From assembly GCA_937897575.1 (NCBI GenBank), contig CALCQG010000067.1, positions 1 to 64,000 on the forward strand: 64,000 bases of DNA, read 5' to 3'. A program made the position numbers and the translations under genes. This DNA is from an uncultured Synergistales bacterium. GTDB lineage: Bacteria; Synergistota; Synergistia; Synergistales; Aminobacteriaceae. This document shows, piece by piece, positions 38,995 to 50,015 of this stretch; position 1 is the first letter of the stretch; every line of letters starts with the position of its first letter. A model generated the notes under the pieces. It was given only the letters and a program-made list of their open reading frames with translations, was not told where the DNA came from and ran no database searches.

Positions 38995-40254
38995 TCAGAG
39001 AACTCCTTTTCGCTGGAATACCTCCTTGGAAATGTTGCACAAGCTCACCCATATGCGCCAAAGATACAGGCCCGCCAATAATGTGACAAATCCGCCTATG
39101 AAGAGGGTTTTGGGCGCTCCTATGCGGGATGCGAGCCAACCCGCGCAGAGACTCCCAAGGGGAGTAAATCCCCCTGCGGCAACCGTGTACAGGCTCATGA
39201 CCCTGTTGCGCATGTCATCGTCCACAAGGGTTTGCACGAGAGTGTTGCATGATATCAGAGTGGATATCATAAAAAATCCCAGCATTGCGATGAGGACGAG
39301 AGAGAGAGGAAAAGATCGCGACAGCGCGAAAGCGCTTATGGATACTCCAAAGAAAATGCACGATCGGGCGAGCACACCTCCTAAACCAAAAGGAGATTGA
39401 CGCAATGTGAGGTGGATCGAAGCAAGAAGGGCACCCAAACCCGACGCTCCCATAAGGAAACCCAGAGCCTGAGGCCCGCCTTGAAGGATGTCGCTTGCGA
39501 AGACAGGGAGCAGGACTAAATATGGAAGGGCGAAAAAACTGACGATGGACATGATAATGAGGTATCTTTTGAGGGGGCCGAAGGACATGGCGTAGACAAT
39601 GCCCTCCGACAGCCCCACCAGGACCTTCTTCCGGCTTCCCTGGGAGGCGAGGGGTTGAGCGAACCTCATCAGCAAAAGGGCGATAATGGTGGCACAGTGT
39701 CCCACACCGTTGAAAAGAAAACATATGCCCTCTCCGAATATGGCTATGATGAACCCCGCGACGGAGGGGCCGATAAGCCGTGTGATGTTGATGACCATAG
39801 AGGAGAGGGCGATAGCGTTTCCGATGTCCCGGTTATCGTCCACCAGTTTCACGGTGAAACTCTGCCTTGCAGGAAATTCAAAGGCGTCCGATATGCCTAT
39901 GATGGCCGCCAGCACGAGGATATGCCACTGATTGATAAGACCCGTGAGAGTTAATACCGCCAGGATCATGGCGTGCAGCATACTGACTGTCTGACACACG
40001 ACGAGGACTTTTCTCAGATCCTTTCCCTCCATAAGAACTCCGGTGAACAATCCCAGGAGGAGCGTAGGCAACAGGATCAAAAAATCCACTGCTCCGAGCA
40101 GCAGTAAAGAACCGGTGAGGCGGTATATGAGCCAGTTCATGGCCACACGCTGCATCCATTTTCCTACGAGGGAAATCAGCTGTCCCGTGAGGAAAAGACG
40201 GAAGTTCCTGTGTCGAAGAGCGCGGAACATACCCTGTATCTTCGAAGCGGACAT
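38995..40254 (-). CDS. MFS transporter (MFS_3/EntS-like exporter)
   Basis: FRALRHRNFRLF.GQLIS, PARQSF, about 12 TM helices. Confidence 0.9.
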   Translation of the reverse strand: MSASKIQGMFRALRHRNFRLFLTGQLISLVGKWMQRVAMNWLIYRLTGSLLLLGAVDFLILLPTLLLGLFTGVLMEGKDLRKVLVVCQTVSMLHAMILAVLTLTGLINQWHILVLAAIIGISDAFEFPARQSFTVKLVDDNRDIGNAIALSSMVINITRLIGPSVAGFIIAIFGEGICFLFNGVGHCATIIALLLMRFAQPLASQGSRKKVLVGLSEGIVYAMSFGPLKRYLIIMSIVSFFALPYLVLLPVFASDILQGGPQALGFLMGASGLGALLASIHLTLRQSPFGLGGVLARSCIFFGVSISAFALSRSFPLSLVLIAMLGFFMISTLISCNTLVQTLVDDDMRNRVMSLYTVAAGGFTPLGSLCAGWLASRIGAPKTLFIGGFVTLLAGLYLWRIWVSLCNISKEVFQRKGVL

Positions 40255-40553
40255 TATCAGATACTCCTTCCGTATATCATTCGATTATAGGGTTGTCCGG
40301 TACATGCCGATGTATCAGAAGATTAACCTGAAGCCGGCTCTATACATACTCGCCTTGCGATAGGGCCTTTCAGGGAGAAACTCACCGGAATTTCGATCAC
40401 GCCATCGATGTCTCTCTCCATTCATCTCCTGCAGATAGAATAGAGGCCGGCATCTGAAGCACTCTGCGGAGCGTGCGGACCCATGAAGAAGGGGGCTCGA
40501 TACCACGTATCCTAGAGTCAAGACTGACGAGGTCCTTGCAAAGGACGGACATG

Positions 40554-42200
40554 TCAGGAGTTCTGCTCAGACCCTTCGAATATGTTGACGAAACACCCCA
40601 GAAGACGTTTCGTAAACGGGCTTCTGTCCTCATCGTCAAGACACTGTACAGGAATATACTCGCACAGCTGCCCCTTGTTCATCACCGCCACTCGCTGGCA
40701 GCTTCTTTTGATAACACGGATATCATGGCTTATCATCAGCATCGTAAAGTTGCACTCTTTTTGCAAATGCTCCAGTAGCTGCAATATCTGGTCTTGAATT
40801 ATCATGTCCAGAGCAGATACGGACTCGTCGCATATGAGAATCTCCGGTTCGCAAACCAGCGCTCTGGCTATGGCAACTCTCTGGCATTGTCCGGTGCTCA
40901 GCCGCGGAGGCTTTCTCTCTTGGGTGCACTCATCGATTCCTACCATATGCAGGTATTTCCTCGCCCTACCTTCCCGCTCAGAAGGAGGGCATATGTTCTG
41001 GTATTTAAGAGGTTCTTCAACAAGCTGAATCGCAGTCCTCCTCGGATTGAGACTGGCCCTTGCATCTTGAAATACGAACTGAATGGCGCGACACATATCC
41101 TTGTGAAACTTTTTTTCCCACTTCAGAAGATTATCCTTGCGGAAGAGGATGTTCCCTGAATTCGGATGGATCAAGCCGACCAGACATTTTGCGAGGGTAC
41201 TCTTTCCACATCCGCTTTCACCGAGAATACCCACCGTCTCATTATTCCCTATATCTATCGAAAAATTATTCAGGGCGATCTTCTTGTCATTTTTCTTCTC
41301 GAAAATCTTTGTTACATTTTGCAAGGAGAGGATAACCTCTTTGGGGTTGTCTTGCTCCTCGGACCTGTCCAGAGGCGCCACCTTGTACGCGGCGATCAAT
41401 CTCTGAGTGTACGGGTGCTGCGGATTTTTTATGATGGCGTCCGGACCTCCCTGCTCGACTATGACGCCCTTCTCGAGCACGATTATCTGGTCGCTTATTT
41501 CAAAGGCAACACCAACGTCATGGGTGATAAGGAGCAGAGACAGCCCCATGTCCTTTTGAATGCGCTTCAGAAGATTCAATACCTCTTTCTGACAGAGTAC
41601 GTCCAGTGCGGAGGTGGGTTCATCAGCTATGATCATCTCCGGTTCGAGGGAGAGTACCAGGGCAATGCAGACACGCTGGCACATTCCCCCACTGAGCTCG
41701 AAGGGGTAAAGATCCAAAATCCTGGCAGGGTTTTCAAACTCAAGAGTACGAAGGAGTTCCAAGGCCTTCTTTTCAATTTCGGCCTTACTTTTATTCGTCT
41801 TTTCCAGTACATCATAAAAGTGTTTTCGTATCTTTTTGATGGGATTCAGCGCAAGATGTGCGTCCTGATAAACCATCGCGATCTTTGATCCCCGAATACT
41901 TCTTCCATCGCAATGCAGAAGATCGACGGGCACCCCATCACGGGAGATATAGCGGATCTCGCCGGAGTCGATAACAGCGTTCCTTGACAGGATACCGAGC
42001 AACGCTTTACCGAGGGTGGATTTCCCCGAGCCGCTTTCGCCGAGCATGGTCATTATTTTTCCACGGGGCAAGGTGAAATGTATATCTTTCAAAACTCGAA
42101 CTTCGGATGTATCGAGTCTGTAGGTTACTCCAAGATGGTCCACTTCCAGTATGGGGTCTTTTTCTTTCAGACTTTTCTTTAGTTCGGCCACTTTTCTCAC
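40554..42200 (-). CDS. Peptide/nickel ABC transporter, fused double ATPase
   Basis: Two Walker A motifs (GESGSGKST, GESGCGKST); LSGGMCQR and LSTGQCQR. Confidence 0.92.
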   Translation of the reverse strand: MRKVAELKKSLKEKDPILEVDHLGVTYRLDTSEVRVLKDIHFTLPRGKIMTMLGESGSGKSTLGKALLGILSRNAVIDSGEIRYISRDGVPVDLLHCDGRSIRGSKIAMVYQDAHLALNPIKKIRKHFYDVLEKTNKSKAEIEKKALELLRTLEFENPARILDLYPFELSGGMCQRVCIALVLSLEPEMIIADEPTSALDVLCQKEVLNLLKRIQKDMGLSLLLITHDVGVAFEISDQIIVLEKGVIVEQGGPDAIIKNPQHPYTQRLIAAYKVAPLDRSEEQDNPKEVILSLQNVTKIFEKKNDKKIALNNFSIDIGNNETVGILGESGCGKSTLAKCLVGLIHPNSGNILFRKDNLLKWEKKFHKDMCRAIQFVFQDARASLNPRRTAIQLVEEPLKYQNICPPSEREGRARKYLHMVGIDECTQERKPPRLSTGQCQRVAIARALVCEPEILICDESVSALDMIIQDQILQLLEHLQKECNFTMLMISHDIRVIKRSCQRVAVMNKGQLCEYIPVQCLDDEDRSPFTKRLLGCFVNIFEGSEQNS

Positions 42201-42201
42201 C

Positions 42202-43038
42202 TCACAGCTCTACACTTTCATATGGATCAAGCAGGTCCCGCATTCCCTCTCCTATCAGATTCAAGGAAAATACCGTGAGAATAATGAAGAGAGAGGGGCC
42301 CACGATGAGATAGGGCGACTGGAAAAAATGCGCCCTGGCGTCGGAAAGCATGCTTCCCCATTCCGGAGAGGGGGGTTGCGCCCCCATGCCCAGGAACGAC
42401 AGAGCGGATATGGAGAGTATGAGGGTGCCCAATTCAAAGGTGGCCAACGTGAAGATCGGTCCCGTCACTTTTGGCAGGACTTCACGAAAGACTATATGGG
42501 GCTGCGATGCTCCCAACACTTTAGCCGCCAGCACGGATTCGTCATCTTTCACCTGAAGCACGATACTCCTGGCCATCCTCGCGAATGGAACCCACCAGAC
42601 AGAGATGACAACCAACAGCAGATTGCAAAGGCTCGCCCCGAAGAGCGCGGTGACGACCAACGCCAAGACCATGAACGGGAAAGCCATGAGCACGTCAATG
42701 ACCCTCATGACGACCACATCAAAAACACTGTCCTTGTTCAGTCCCGTGGCTATCCCGATGAGGGTGCCCATAACCAATGCCATGGACAGCGCGGTGAGGG
42801 TCATTACAAGGGTCACTCGCCCCCCGTACAGCGTACGGGACAATAGATCACGGCCATAGCGGTCCGTACCAAAGGGGTGCTCCGCGCTGAAACTGGACAG
42901 CCGTGACGCGGAGTGTGCCGCCGTAGGGCTTATATTGGTGATAAGAGGCGCCCCCACGATAGCGGCGATGATTATTGCAAGCAGTACACATCCTATCCGG
43001 ATTCTTCTGAGTGAGCTTTTTCTGTTCATTCTTCTCAT
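42202..43038 (-). CDS. Peptide/nickel ABC permease (DppC/NikC-like)
   Basis: HPFGTDRYGRDLLSR, SFLGMGAQPPSPEWG. Confidence 0.92.
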   Translation of the reverse strand: MRRMNRKSSLRRIRIGCVLLAIIIAAIVGAPLITNISPTAAHSASRLSSFSAEHPFGTDRYGRDLLSRTLYGGRVTLVMTLTALSMALVMGTLIGIATGLNKDSVFDVVVMRVIDVLMAFPFMVLALVVTALFGASLCNLLLVVISVWWVPFARMARSIVLQVKDDESVLAAKVLGASQPHIVFREVLPKVTGPIFTLATFELGTLILSISALSFLGMGAQPPSPEWGSMLSDARAHFFQSPYLIVGPSLFIILTVFSLNLIGEGMRDLLDPYESVEL

Positions 43039-43988
43039 CCATTCGTCGGAGCGCTCTTCAATCTTGGGTCAACCAGGATGTAAAGAACGTCCACCATTAA
43101 ATTCGTCAGGATAATCGCAGTGACGGTCACCATGGAATACCCTTGGATGGCGGGATAGTCGTGGAGCATGATCGCATTGACCGCATAGCTCCCAATACCG
43201 GGCCACGAGAAAATACTTTCTATGACTATGGCGCCTCCTATCATCTGAACCAGGGAAATGGAGATGACCGTAATGATGGGGAGCAGAGAGTTGCGCACTA
43301 TGTCCCGTATGATGATTCTCTTTGAAACCCCGCAGGATTTCGAGAAAAGGGTGTATGCCTGTCCCATTTCGGTCAACGAAGTGGCTCGGACCACTCGTAT
43401 GGTTCGAGGCGCATTCGTAAGCGCCGCGGCCATAGCTGGCAGCCACACTCTGTAGAGGTTGATATCGCTGCTCATTTCGTAGATTCTGTATCTAACAGCA
43501 AAAAAATACACGAGCGAAAGAGAGAGCACAAAGCCGGGCACCGACGCAAGCATAACGCATAGTAACCGTATGACGTTGTCTTTGAACCCTCCCGCCCGAA
43601 CAGCGGAAAGGATACCGAAGCCGATGCCTAACACCACCTGGATCACCAGGGCGGCAAAAGCCAGAATCAACGTTGCCTTTAATGCGGTGGTTATTTCTTG
43701 AGCGACGCTTCTTCCCGTCCAGATGGACGTTCCAAGATCAAGGCGAAGCACCTTGGTAAACCAGTTCTTGTATTGCACGAAAACGTTGTCGTTCAGACCA
43801 TGAAGTTCCCGCAGCTCCTGTTTGCGCTCTTCGAGCAGCGACGCGTCGTTGATGCTCAGGTCTCCGGGCTGCTCCAGCAGCAGCGTTATGGGATCGCCGG
43901 GAGCCTGTCTGATAAGCACGAACAACACGATGCTGGATAAAAATAAGGTCAATAACGCTCCTAAAAATTTACTTGAAACGCCCCTCAC
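43035..43988 (-). CDS. Peptide/nickel ABC permease (DppB/NikB-like)
   Basis: APGDP, LDLGTS, IESIFSWPGIG, DYPAIQG, LVDPR; GTG start after AAAGGGG. Confidence 0.9.
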   Translation of the reverse strand: MRGVSSKFLGALLTLFLSSIVLFVLIRQAPGDPITLLLEQPGDLSINDASLLEERKQELRELHGLNDNVFVQYKNWFTKVLRLDLGTSIWTGRSVAQEITTALKATLILAFAALVIQVVLGIGFGILSAVRAGGFKDNVIRLLCVMLASVPGFVLSLSLVYFFAVRYRIYEMSSDINLYRVWLPAMAAALTNAPRTIRVVRATSLTEMGQAYTLFSKSCGVSKRIIIRDIVRNSLLPIITVISISLVQMIGGAIVIESIFSWPGIGSYAVNAIMLHDYPAIQGYSMVTVTAIILTNLMVDVLYILVDPRLKSAPTNG

Positions 43989-44017
43989 GATTTTTTCCCC
44001 TTTCAGTAAGGAAAAGT

Positions 44018-44050
44018 AAAAAGGCATAGACAGGTGTACCTGTCTATGCC
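44018..44050 (-). terminator. Terminator/stabiliser hairpin after the SBP gene
   Basis: GGCATAGACAGG / CCTGTCTATGCC followed by TTTTT on the minus strand. Confidence 0.7.
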
Positions 44051-44059
44051 AAAAGTATC

Positions 44060-45589
44060 TTACTGTCCCTTCAATCTCATGTCCGCATTCACAAGATTTT
44101 CGAACTGTCTGAAGTGCGGTACGAACCCCTCCAGCGAAGTGCTGACCGCCGTAAGCTGAGCTCTCGGACAAATGTAAATAGCAGGAGACTCTTCGGCTAT
44201 ATGAAGGGAGAGTTCTTCAACGAGCGCTTTTCTTTCTCCACTGTCCGAAACATTGGCGATCATCCCGATGAGTTCGTTCGTCCTGTCGTCCGCGTAGCCG
44301 CCGTAGTTCCCGGCGCCGCGGGGAGAGTACTGCCCCTCCAGCATGGGGACCACGTTGCCGAAGGTCGACCAGGCCTCTATCGAGGCGCCCCAGTCTCCAG
44401 TCTTTCGGGCATCTTGAATCAGGGAGTAGTCCCCATGTCGGACGGCTACCTTGACGCCTAATCTATCCCACTGGATTTGCAGCGCCTCTCCCATGGCTTT
44501 GTCTGTCCTGAAAGTCCTGAGCACGATTTCCAGAGGCTTGGAGTCCTTGTACCGATATCCGTCCTTTGCCTTTTTCCATCCCGCGCCGTCCAGGAGTTCC
44601 TCCGCTTTCTGAGCGTTATAGGAATCAAAGAACATGTTTTTAAAGTCGGAGTAGAACGGATTGGAAGCAATCCAAACAGTGACCGGCGTGCTCAATCCCT
44701 CTTCTCCCAGGAGATTCAACTCTTCTCTGTCCACCCCCCATGCAAGGGCCTGTCGTACTTTGGGATCATCCAACCCCGGCTTCTTAAGGTTGAGATAAAT
44801 GGTGTGCGTATTCGCCGCAGGCACCGAGACGATCTGCGATGTATTGCTCGTGTCAAATTGTGCTTTTGAGGCCACAGGGATGTTCAGAACAATGTGATAT
44901 CGTCCGCTCAAAGCGGCAATAACCCGAGCATCGGCGTCTCCTATCTCTTCGTAGACAATCCGCTTCGTCTTCGGTTTCTGCCCCCAGTAACTCTCGTTTC
45001 GCTCGTACACTATTTTCTTGTGCGGTTCATATTCGACGACTTTGTACATTCCGGTGTAATCGGCGGTGTCAATGCTTTTATAGGTATATTTTTCGTTTGT
45101 GTTGTGAACGACCAGCGTGTAATGGGATAAGTTCATGGGAATATCAACGTTCGGGGTTTCTGTCTTTGCCTGGATGACGTAATCGCTTTTTATGGAAAAC
45201 TCGATGCCCTTTAAATACGGAGAAGCCTTGGGGTTCAGCTTACCCTCTCTTTGAATGGAGCGTATCACGGCATCAGCCGTTACGGGTTCCCCGCTCCAGA
45301 ATGTCGCCTCGGGGCGTAACGCGATCTCCCAATTATATTCGTCAATTTGCGTCGCATCCTTTGCCAGTGAGGGCTGTACGCTCCCTTTGGGATCCGCCTT
45401 GAACAAAACCTCCGCTGCGCCAACCCCCATCATGGTGTCCCCCGAAGGGTAGCTGGTAGGATCCAGGCTGATGGGAATTTCATTGCCTGCAATGACGATA
45501 GGGGCGTTTGCAAAGGCAAGACCGCAACCACACAGGAGCAAAGTAAAACTCAACAGGAACGAACCAAGAATGCTTCTCCCTATTTTCAT
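44060..45589 (-). CDS. Family-5 ABC substrate-binding protein (NikA/DppA-like)
   Basis: Signal peptide; SLDP, LRPEATFWSGEPVTA, VRQALAWGVDRE. Confidence 0.9.
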   Translation of the reverse strand: MKIGRSILGSFLLSFTLLLCGCGLAFANAPIVIAGNEIPISLDPTSYPSGDTMMGVGAAEVLFKADPKGSVQPSLAKDATQIDEYNWEIALRPEATFWSGEPVTADAVIRSIQREGKLNPKASPYLKGIEFSIKSDYVIQAKTETPNVDIPMNLSHYTLVVHNTNEKYTYKSIDTADYTGMYKVVEYEPHKKIVYERNESYWGQKPKTKRIVYEEIGDADARVIAALSGRYHIVLNIPVASKAQFDTSNTSQIVSVPAANTHTIYLNLKKPGLDDPKVRQALAWGVDREELNLLGEEGLSTPVTVWIASNPFYSDFKNMFFDSYNAQKAEELLDGAGWKKAKDGYRYKDSKPLEIVLRTFRTDKAMGEALQIQWDRLGVKVAVRHGDYSLIQDARKTGDWGASIEAWSTFGNVVPMLEGQYSPRGAGNYGGYADDRTNELIGMIANVSDSGERKALVEELSLHIAEESPAIYICPRAQLTAVSTSLEGFVPHFRQFENLVNADMRLKGQ

Positions 45590-45647
45590 CTGTATTTCCT
45601 CCCTTTTGCCGGAAATTATTCAATCCACCTCGCATCTTCTTCTGTTT

Positions 45648-46829
45648 TCAGGGGGTTCCTAAAAAATCGACGGCAAATTGTGCATAAAAAGAAGAGGCAA
45701 TTTCCAGAACACGTTCGTCCACATTGAACTTCCCATGATGTACCGGATAGTCCAAACCTGCCGAGCTGTTCCTGGTGCCGATGAAAGCGAACACGCCCGG
45801 AACCCTTTCCAGGTAGCTTGAAAAATCCTCACTGGCGCTCCACGGAGGAAAATGTACCACCGCATCCCTTCCTACTAGTGACTCCGCAGTCTTTTTCGCT
45901 CTTTCAGAAAGTGGGAAGGAGTTTACGACAGGAGGCCCGTACCCCTCCACGGACACCTCACAGGACGCCCGAAATGTTTCCGCTGTCTTTTTCGCAACCC
46001 GGGTTATCCCTTCCGATATGCGATCTCTCAGCTCTGAATTAAAAAACTTGATCGTCGCCGCCAAATGAGCGTCTTGCGCAACGACGTTGTGAGCCTCTCC
46101 GCCATGAAACAGCCCCACTGTTACGGCTACCGGTTCGAATACAGGGAGCTCTCGGCTCACAAGAGTTTGCAGGTTCATGACAATAGCACTCCCAGCGACA
46201 ATAGCGTCGATGGTCTCATGGGGTGCCCCCCCATGTCCGCCCTTTCCCTTCACATGAATGTGAGCCCGAAGAGAAGCAGCCATTCGCGGCCCGGGATCAA
46301 CGGAAATGGTGCCGACATCCATATTCGGCATGACATGAAGCCCGAAGATGCCGTCCACATCGTCCATAATCCCATTCCGCACCATGATTCCAGCTCCGCC
46401 GGGCGCTTTCTCCTCGGAGGCCTGGAAGATCAACTTTATTTTTCCTGCAAAAGCTTTTCCATCGGTTTTATGGAGAGTGCTCAGGATTTTCGCTGCTATC
46501 ATCAGTCCTGATGTATGGCAATCATGGCCACAGGCATGCATGACTCCGGGGACAACGGACGCATATTCGACACCCGTCTCCTCGTTGATAGGCAGAGCGT
46601 CCATATCCGCCCGCAAAGCTACCGTCTTTCCCGGGATTCCGCTGTCAATAATGCCGACAACACCCGTGTCTCCCACTCGAAAGTTTGCGATCCCCCACTC
46701 GGAGAGCTGGTCTTCAACGAACTCGGCCGTGGCGTATTCCTGCCCGCTCAACTCGGGGTGCTTATGTATCATTCTTCTATACGCAACGCCCTCTTCGTGA
46801 AAGCTCCTCGCCAAATCGCGGATATTCAT
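45648..46829 (-). CDS. M20D amidohydrolase (aminoacylase/hippurate hydrolase-like)
   Basis: IHKHPELS, LRADMDALP, MHACGHDCH, QASEE, SEDFS, HH. Confidence 0.92.
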   Translation of the reverse strand: MNIRDLARSFHEEGVAYRRMIHKHPELSGQEYATAEFVEDQLSEWGIANFRVGDTGVVGIIDSGIPGKTVALRADMDALPINEETGVEYASVVPGVMHACGHDCHTSGLMIAAKILSTLHKTDGKAFAGKIKLIFQASEEKAPGGAGIMVRNGIMDDVDGIFGLHVMPNMDVGTISVDPGPRMAASLRAHIHVKGKGGHGGAPHETIDAIVAGSAIVMNLQTLVSRELPVFEPVAVTVGLFHGGEAHNVVAQDAHLAATIKFFNSELRDRISEGITRVAKKTAETFRASCEVSVEGYGPPVVNSFPLSERAKKTAESLVGRDAVVHFPPWSASEDFSSYLERVPGVFAFIGTRNSSAGLDYPVHHGKFNVDERVLEIASSFYAQFAVDFLGTP

Positions 46830-47168
46830 CCAGACCTCTCCTCATTCAGACATTCAGAAAGTACTCGGGACATACCAGCGGCAATATCATGCGAACATAA
46901 ATTCTTCGTGTCCATCTCTTTGCATTTAGCTGATCGCCTCAATATTGGGAGAACCGGAAAGTCCTGTGAAAAAACCTGAAGTCTCGATATACAACCCAGT
47001 GATCCCGTCTGATGCAGAGATGAAACCAGAAGCTGTATGAGCTGATTTGCATCGATGAATCCGTGGCCCCAGGGTGGTGGGATTCTCCCGGCGTAGGGAC
47101 TCAGAGGAAGCAGTGAAACTCTCGGCGCTCTCCTGAGGCCACGAACTTTAACGGATCAGTGATATCGG

Positions 47169-48365
47169 TTACTTGTACGCCTTCTCCAGAGCACCGAGGA
47201 AGTCCTTGAGCAAGTCCTCTTCGTTCTCAATGCCCACGGAGACTCTGATCAAACCATCGCTGATCCCCATTGCCTGCCTCTCCGCCTTTGTCAATCCGCT
47301 GTGAGAGCTCAACGTCGGATATGCTATGGTCGTCCGGAATCCGCCGAGAGTCATAGCATAACGAACAAGCTTCAGGTTTCTTATAAAGGCGTTCAACTTC
47401 TTCCTGTCCTCAGGAAGCTCGATGCTTAACATACCGCCGAAGTACTCCCCGAACTCCTTTTTGGCCACCGCGTACGACGGGCTGCTCTCCAGACCAGGAT
47501 AATATACGTCCTTGACGTACGGAGATTTTTCAAGGGCATGGGCCAACGCAAAGGCATTGCTGCACTGCTTCTTGATGCGCAGGTCAAGAGTCCTGATCCC
47601 TCTGCATGAGAGCCACGAAGTAAAGGGGTCTACCTGAGTCCCTATGATTTTCTGAATCACCAGGGACTTGGCGATAAGATCTTTTTTGCCCACCAAAGCA
47701 CCGCACACCGCGTCGCTATGTCCGTTGGCGAACTTCGTCAAACTGCATGCCACCAGATCTGCCCCCAACTCTATGGGCTTCACCAGCGCGCCCGTCATGA
47801 AGGTATTGTCCACCATAAAAATGGCTTTGTTTTCATGAGCGATATCCGCTATGGCCTTCAGATCGGGGACTGTCATGATGGGATTCGTGACGGTTTCGCA
47901 GTAAAAGAGCTTTGTGTTGGGCCGAACGGATTTCTTTACCTCTTCAAGATCCGTAAAATCAATGAACGTGGTCTCCACTCCGAATTTGCTCAGAATAAGG
48001 GTTGAGATTTCCAGCGTCTCATTGTAGAGCGTCTTATCCGACAGGATATGGTCTCCCTTTTGGATCAGCGTAATCATGGGAGTCGATATCGCCGACATTC
48101 CAGAAGCGCATATTATAGCATCCTCTCCGCCCTCCAGATAGCTCATCAGCTCGATAAGGGCGGTTCTGTTCGGGTTCTTGGATCTGTTATAGCAGAATCC
48201 TCCCACTTCATACCGGTGCTCAAGATCATCCAAGTCCTCAACATTATGAGCCGTGGTCAAGTGAATTGGCAGCGATTCGGGGTTAGTGGCTATAAACTTC
48301 GTGTGGGAGCCCGCGTTCAAAAGATTTGTTTCAAAATGCATGTTCTTGTCGATTTCATGCTGCAT
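47169..48365 (-). CDS. Cys/Met metabolism PLP enzyme (cystathionine gamma-synthase/lyase or methionine gamma-lyase family)
   Basis: YNR..NP, ASGMSAI, VDNTF, SLTKFANGHSD, IRVSVGIE. Confidence 0.9.
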   Translation of the reverse strand: MQHEIDKNMHFETNLLNAGSHTKFIATNPESLPIHLTTAHNVEDLDDLEHRYEVGGFCYNRSKNPNRTALIELMSYLEGGEDAIICASGMSAISTPMITLIQKGDHILSDKTLYNETLEISTLILSKFGVETTFIDFTDLEEVKKSVRPNTKLFYCETVTNPIMTVPDLKAIADIAHENKAIFMVDNTFMTGALVKPIELGADLVACSLTKFANGHSDAVCGALVGKKDLIAKSLVIQKIIGTQVDPFTSWLSCRGIRTLDLRIKKQCSNAFALAHALEKSPYVKDVYYPGLESSPSYAVAKKEFGEYFGGMLSIELPEDRKKLNAFIRNLKLVRYAMTLGGFRTTIAYPTLSSHSGLTKAERQAMGISDGLIRVSVGIENEEDLLKDFLGALEKAYK

Positions 48366-48501
48366 GATACATACCTCCCTTTGTGATATTAACATTTCTC
48401 CGAAGAAACAAAGCGCACGTACACTTCTTCAAAACGGATCGCTCTATAGGTATCGACGTGCTCGAAAGACCGAAGGGACCGAGCACTCTCCATTTGGATT
48501 T

Positions 48502-49590
48502 TTATACGACATACTGGTCGTTCGGATATTCCGAAAGGTAACGGTCGCGCCTATCCACTATTAACGTGACGACGTTTTGCCCTTTCTTCATCCGGGAAGC
48601 CAGCTTCAGCGCCACCGCAACATTCGCTCCCGAGGACATTCCACAGTAAATACCCTCTTCGGAGCAAAGCCTGTTCGCCATGGCCCGAGCCTCATCCGAG
48701 CTGACCCTGAAAAACTTATCAGGGTACCCGGCGGCCACCATCTCCTCAAGAACGGATTTTTCCTTAACCCATTTTTCAACACCGAGAGCGGATGCCATTT
48801 CCTTCTGGTTTCCCGTTATGTAGAACTCTCCTCGCTCGCTTTCATTTTTTTCCATTTCGATATACTGCTCGCTGCCTTCGGGAATAACACCGAACGTGGT
48901 CTCCAACTTTACGCCTCTTTCCTTCATCGCAAGACACATTCCGAAAAGAGAAGCCCCTGATCCGGCGGAACAGCCTATCGCATCAATCTTCCCGTCAAGC
49001 TGGTCGTATATTTCATACCCTATGCTCTTTTGACCCAGGTAGTTCGCGCTGTTATAAATTTGATCGATCCATATCGCATTGGGAGACTCCTCTTCCTCTT
49101 GCGCACAATCCCGTTTTGCAGTCAACACGTCCAAAAGATCCCCATTCAATTCGTACAGCCTTGTGGCCTCGTCCTCTGAGATATACTTTCTAGGATCGCT
49201 TGACACTTTGACTTCCGGCCCATAGGCGGAAGTTATTTTAAATCGGGCATCAACTTCCTTTTCGAAATAATATCTATAAAGATAAATCTTCGCTTTGTAC
49301 CCCTTGGCCGCACAGACAAGAGCAACAGCGGGGGCAGTATTTCCCGCAGAGGCGTCGACCACGGTGGCGCCAGGCAGTATCCTTTTCCCGTTCCACGTCT
49401 CACCCTTCTCAGCCGCCTCTATCATAGCCAAGGCCATCCTGTCCTTATAACTACCACTGGGATTCAGATGTTCAAGCTTGACGAATACATTCGCATCAAC
49501 GTCTTTGCCGATTTTATTTAACTTTAACAAATGCGTCTTCCCTATCGCTTCAAGCACACTGTTAATATATTTCACTCCAATTACCCCCAA
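48502..49590 (-). CDS. Cysteine synthase/CBS-family PLP enzyme (divergent)
   Basis: KLEHLNPSGSYKDR, ASAGNT, EEGIYCGMSSGAN, DRYLS; start may be GTG at 49575. Confidence 0.85.
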   Translation of the reverse strand: MGVIGVKYINSVLEAIGKTHLLKLNKIGKDVDANVFVKLEHLNPSGSYKDRMALAMIEAAEKGETWNGKRILPGATVVDASAGNTAPAVALVCAAKGYKAKIYLYRYYFEKEVDARFKITSAYGPEVKVSSDPRKYISEDEATRLYELNGDLLDVLTAKRDCAQEEEESPNAIWIDQIYNSANYLGQKSIGYEIYDQLDGKIDAIGCSAGSGASLFGMCLAMKERGVKLETTFGVIPEGSEQYIEMEKNESERGEFYITGNQKEMASALGVEKWVKEKSVLEEMVAAGYPDKFFRVSSDEARAMANRLCSEEGIYCGMSSGANVAVALKLASRMKKGQNVVTLIVDRRDRYLSEYPNDQYVV

Positions 49591-50015
49591 TGAAATTTTG
49601 TCCTACATAAAGTCTTTATGGACTGCATATTCTGAACCAACAGAATGTCAGCGTATCGGACGTATACACCCCGCCTTGGCAAAGTCTTGATAAATTCCGG
49701 CATTACAAAAGAGAGCGTTTATATCACCGCAACACTTCTTCTCTATCAAGAGAACACGCCGGTTACAATGAATTGCCCGTAGGGCGAAAGATATACGTAT
49801 CAGAAACAGAAGAGTTATAAATGGGGATTGCTGCTTTTCAGGTTTCTTACGCGTAAGTCGTTGACATAGATACTCGTAATTCTTTCACGCACTAGGTAAT
49901 CAATTTTTTAAAAGCACCATAGAATATCTTGAAGAAAGTATATATAATGAATTTGCCGATGTAAAATTAGAGAATTACTTCTGGTAAATTAATAAAATCG
50001 ATAGGAGGGTCCGTC

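Noticed and set aside
40524..40555. Hammerhead-like CTGACGA-G-GTCCTT/AAGGAC
   Set aside because: GAAA is replaced by GGAC, and stems I and III cannot be formed.
49741..49800. SAM-I-like CTCTATCAAGAG...GAAAGAT near sulfur-metabolism genes
   Set aside because: Lacks the GAGGGA and GCAACC core and is on the opposite strand to the enzyme operon.
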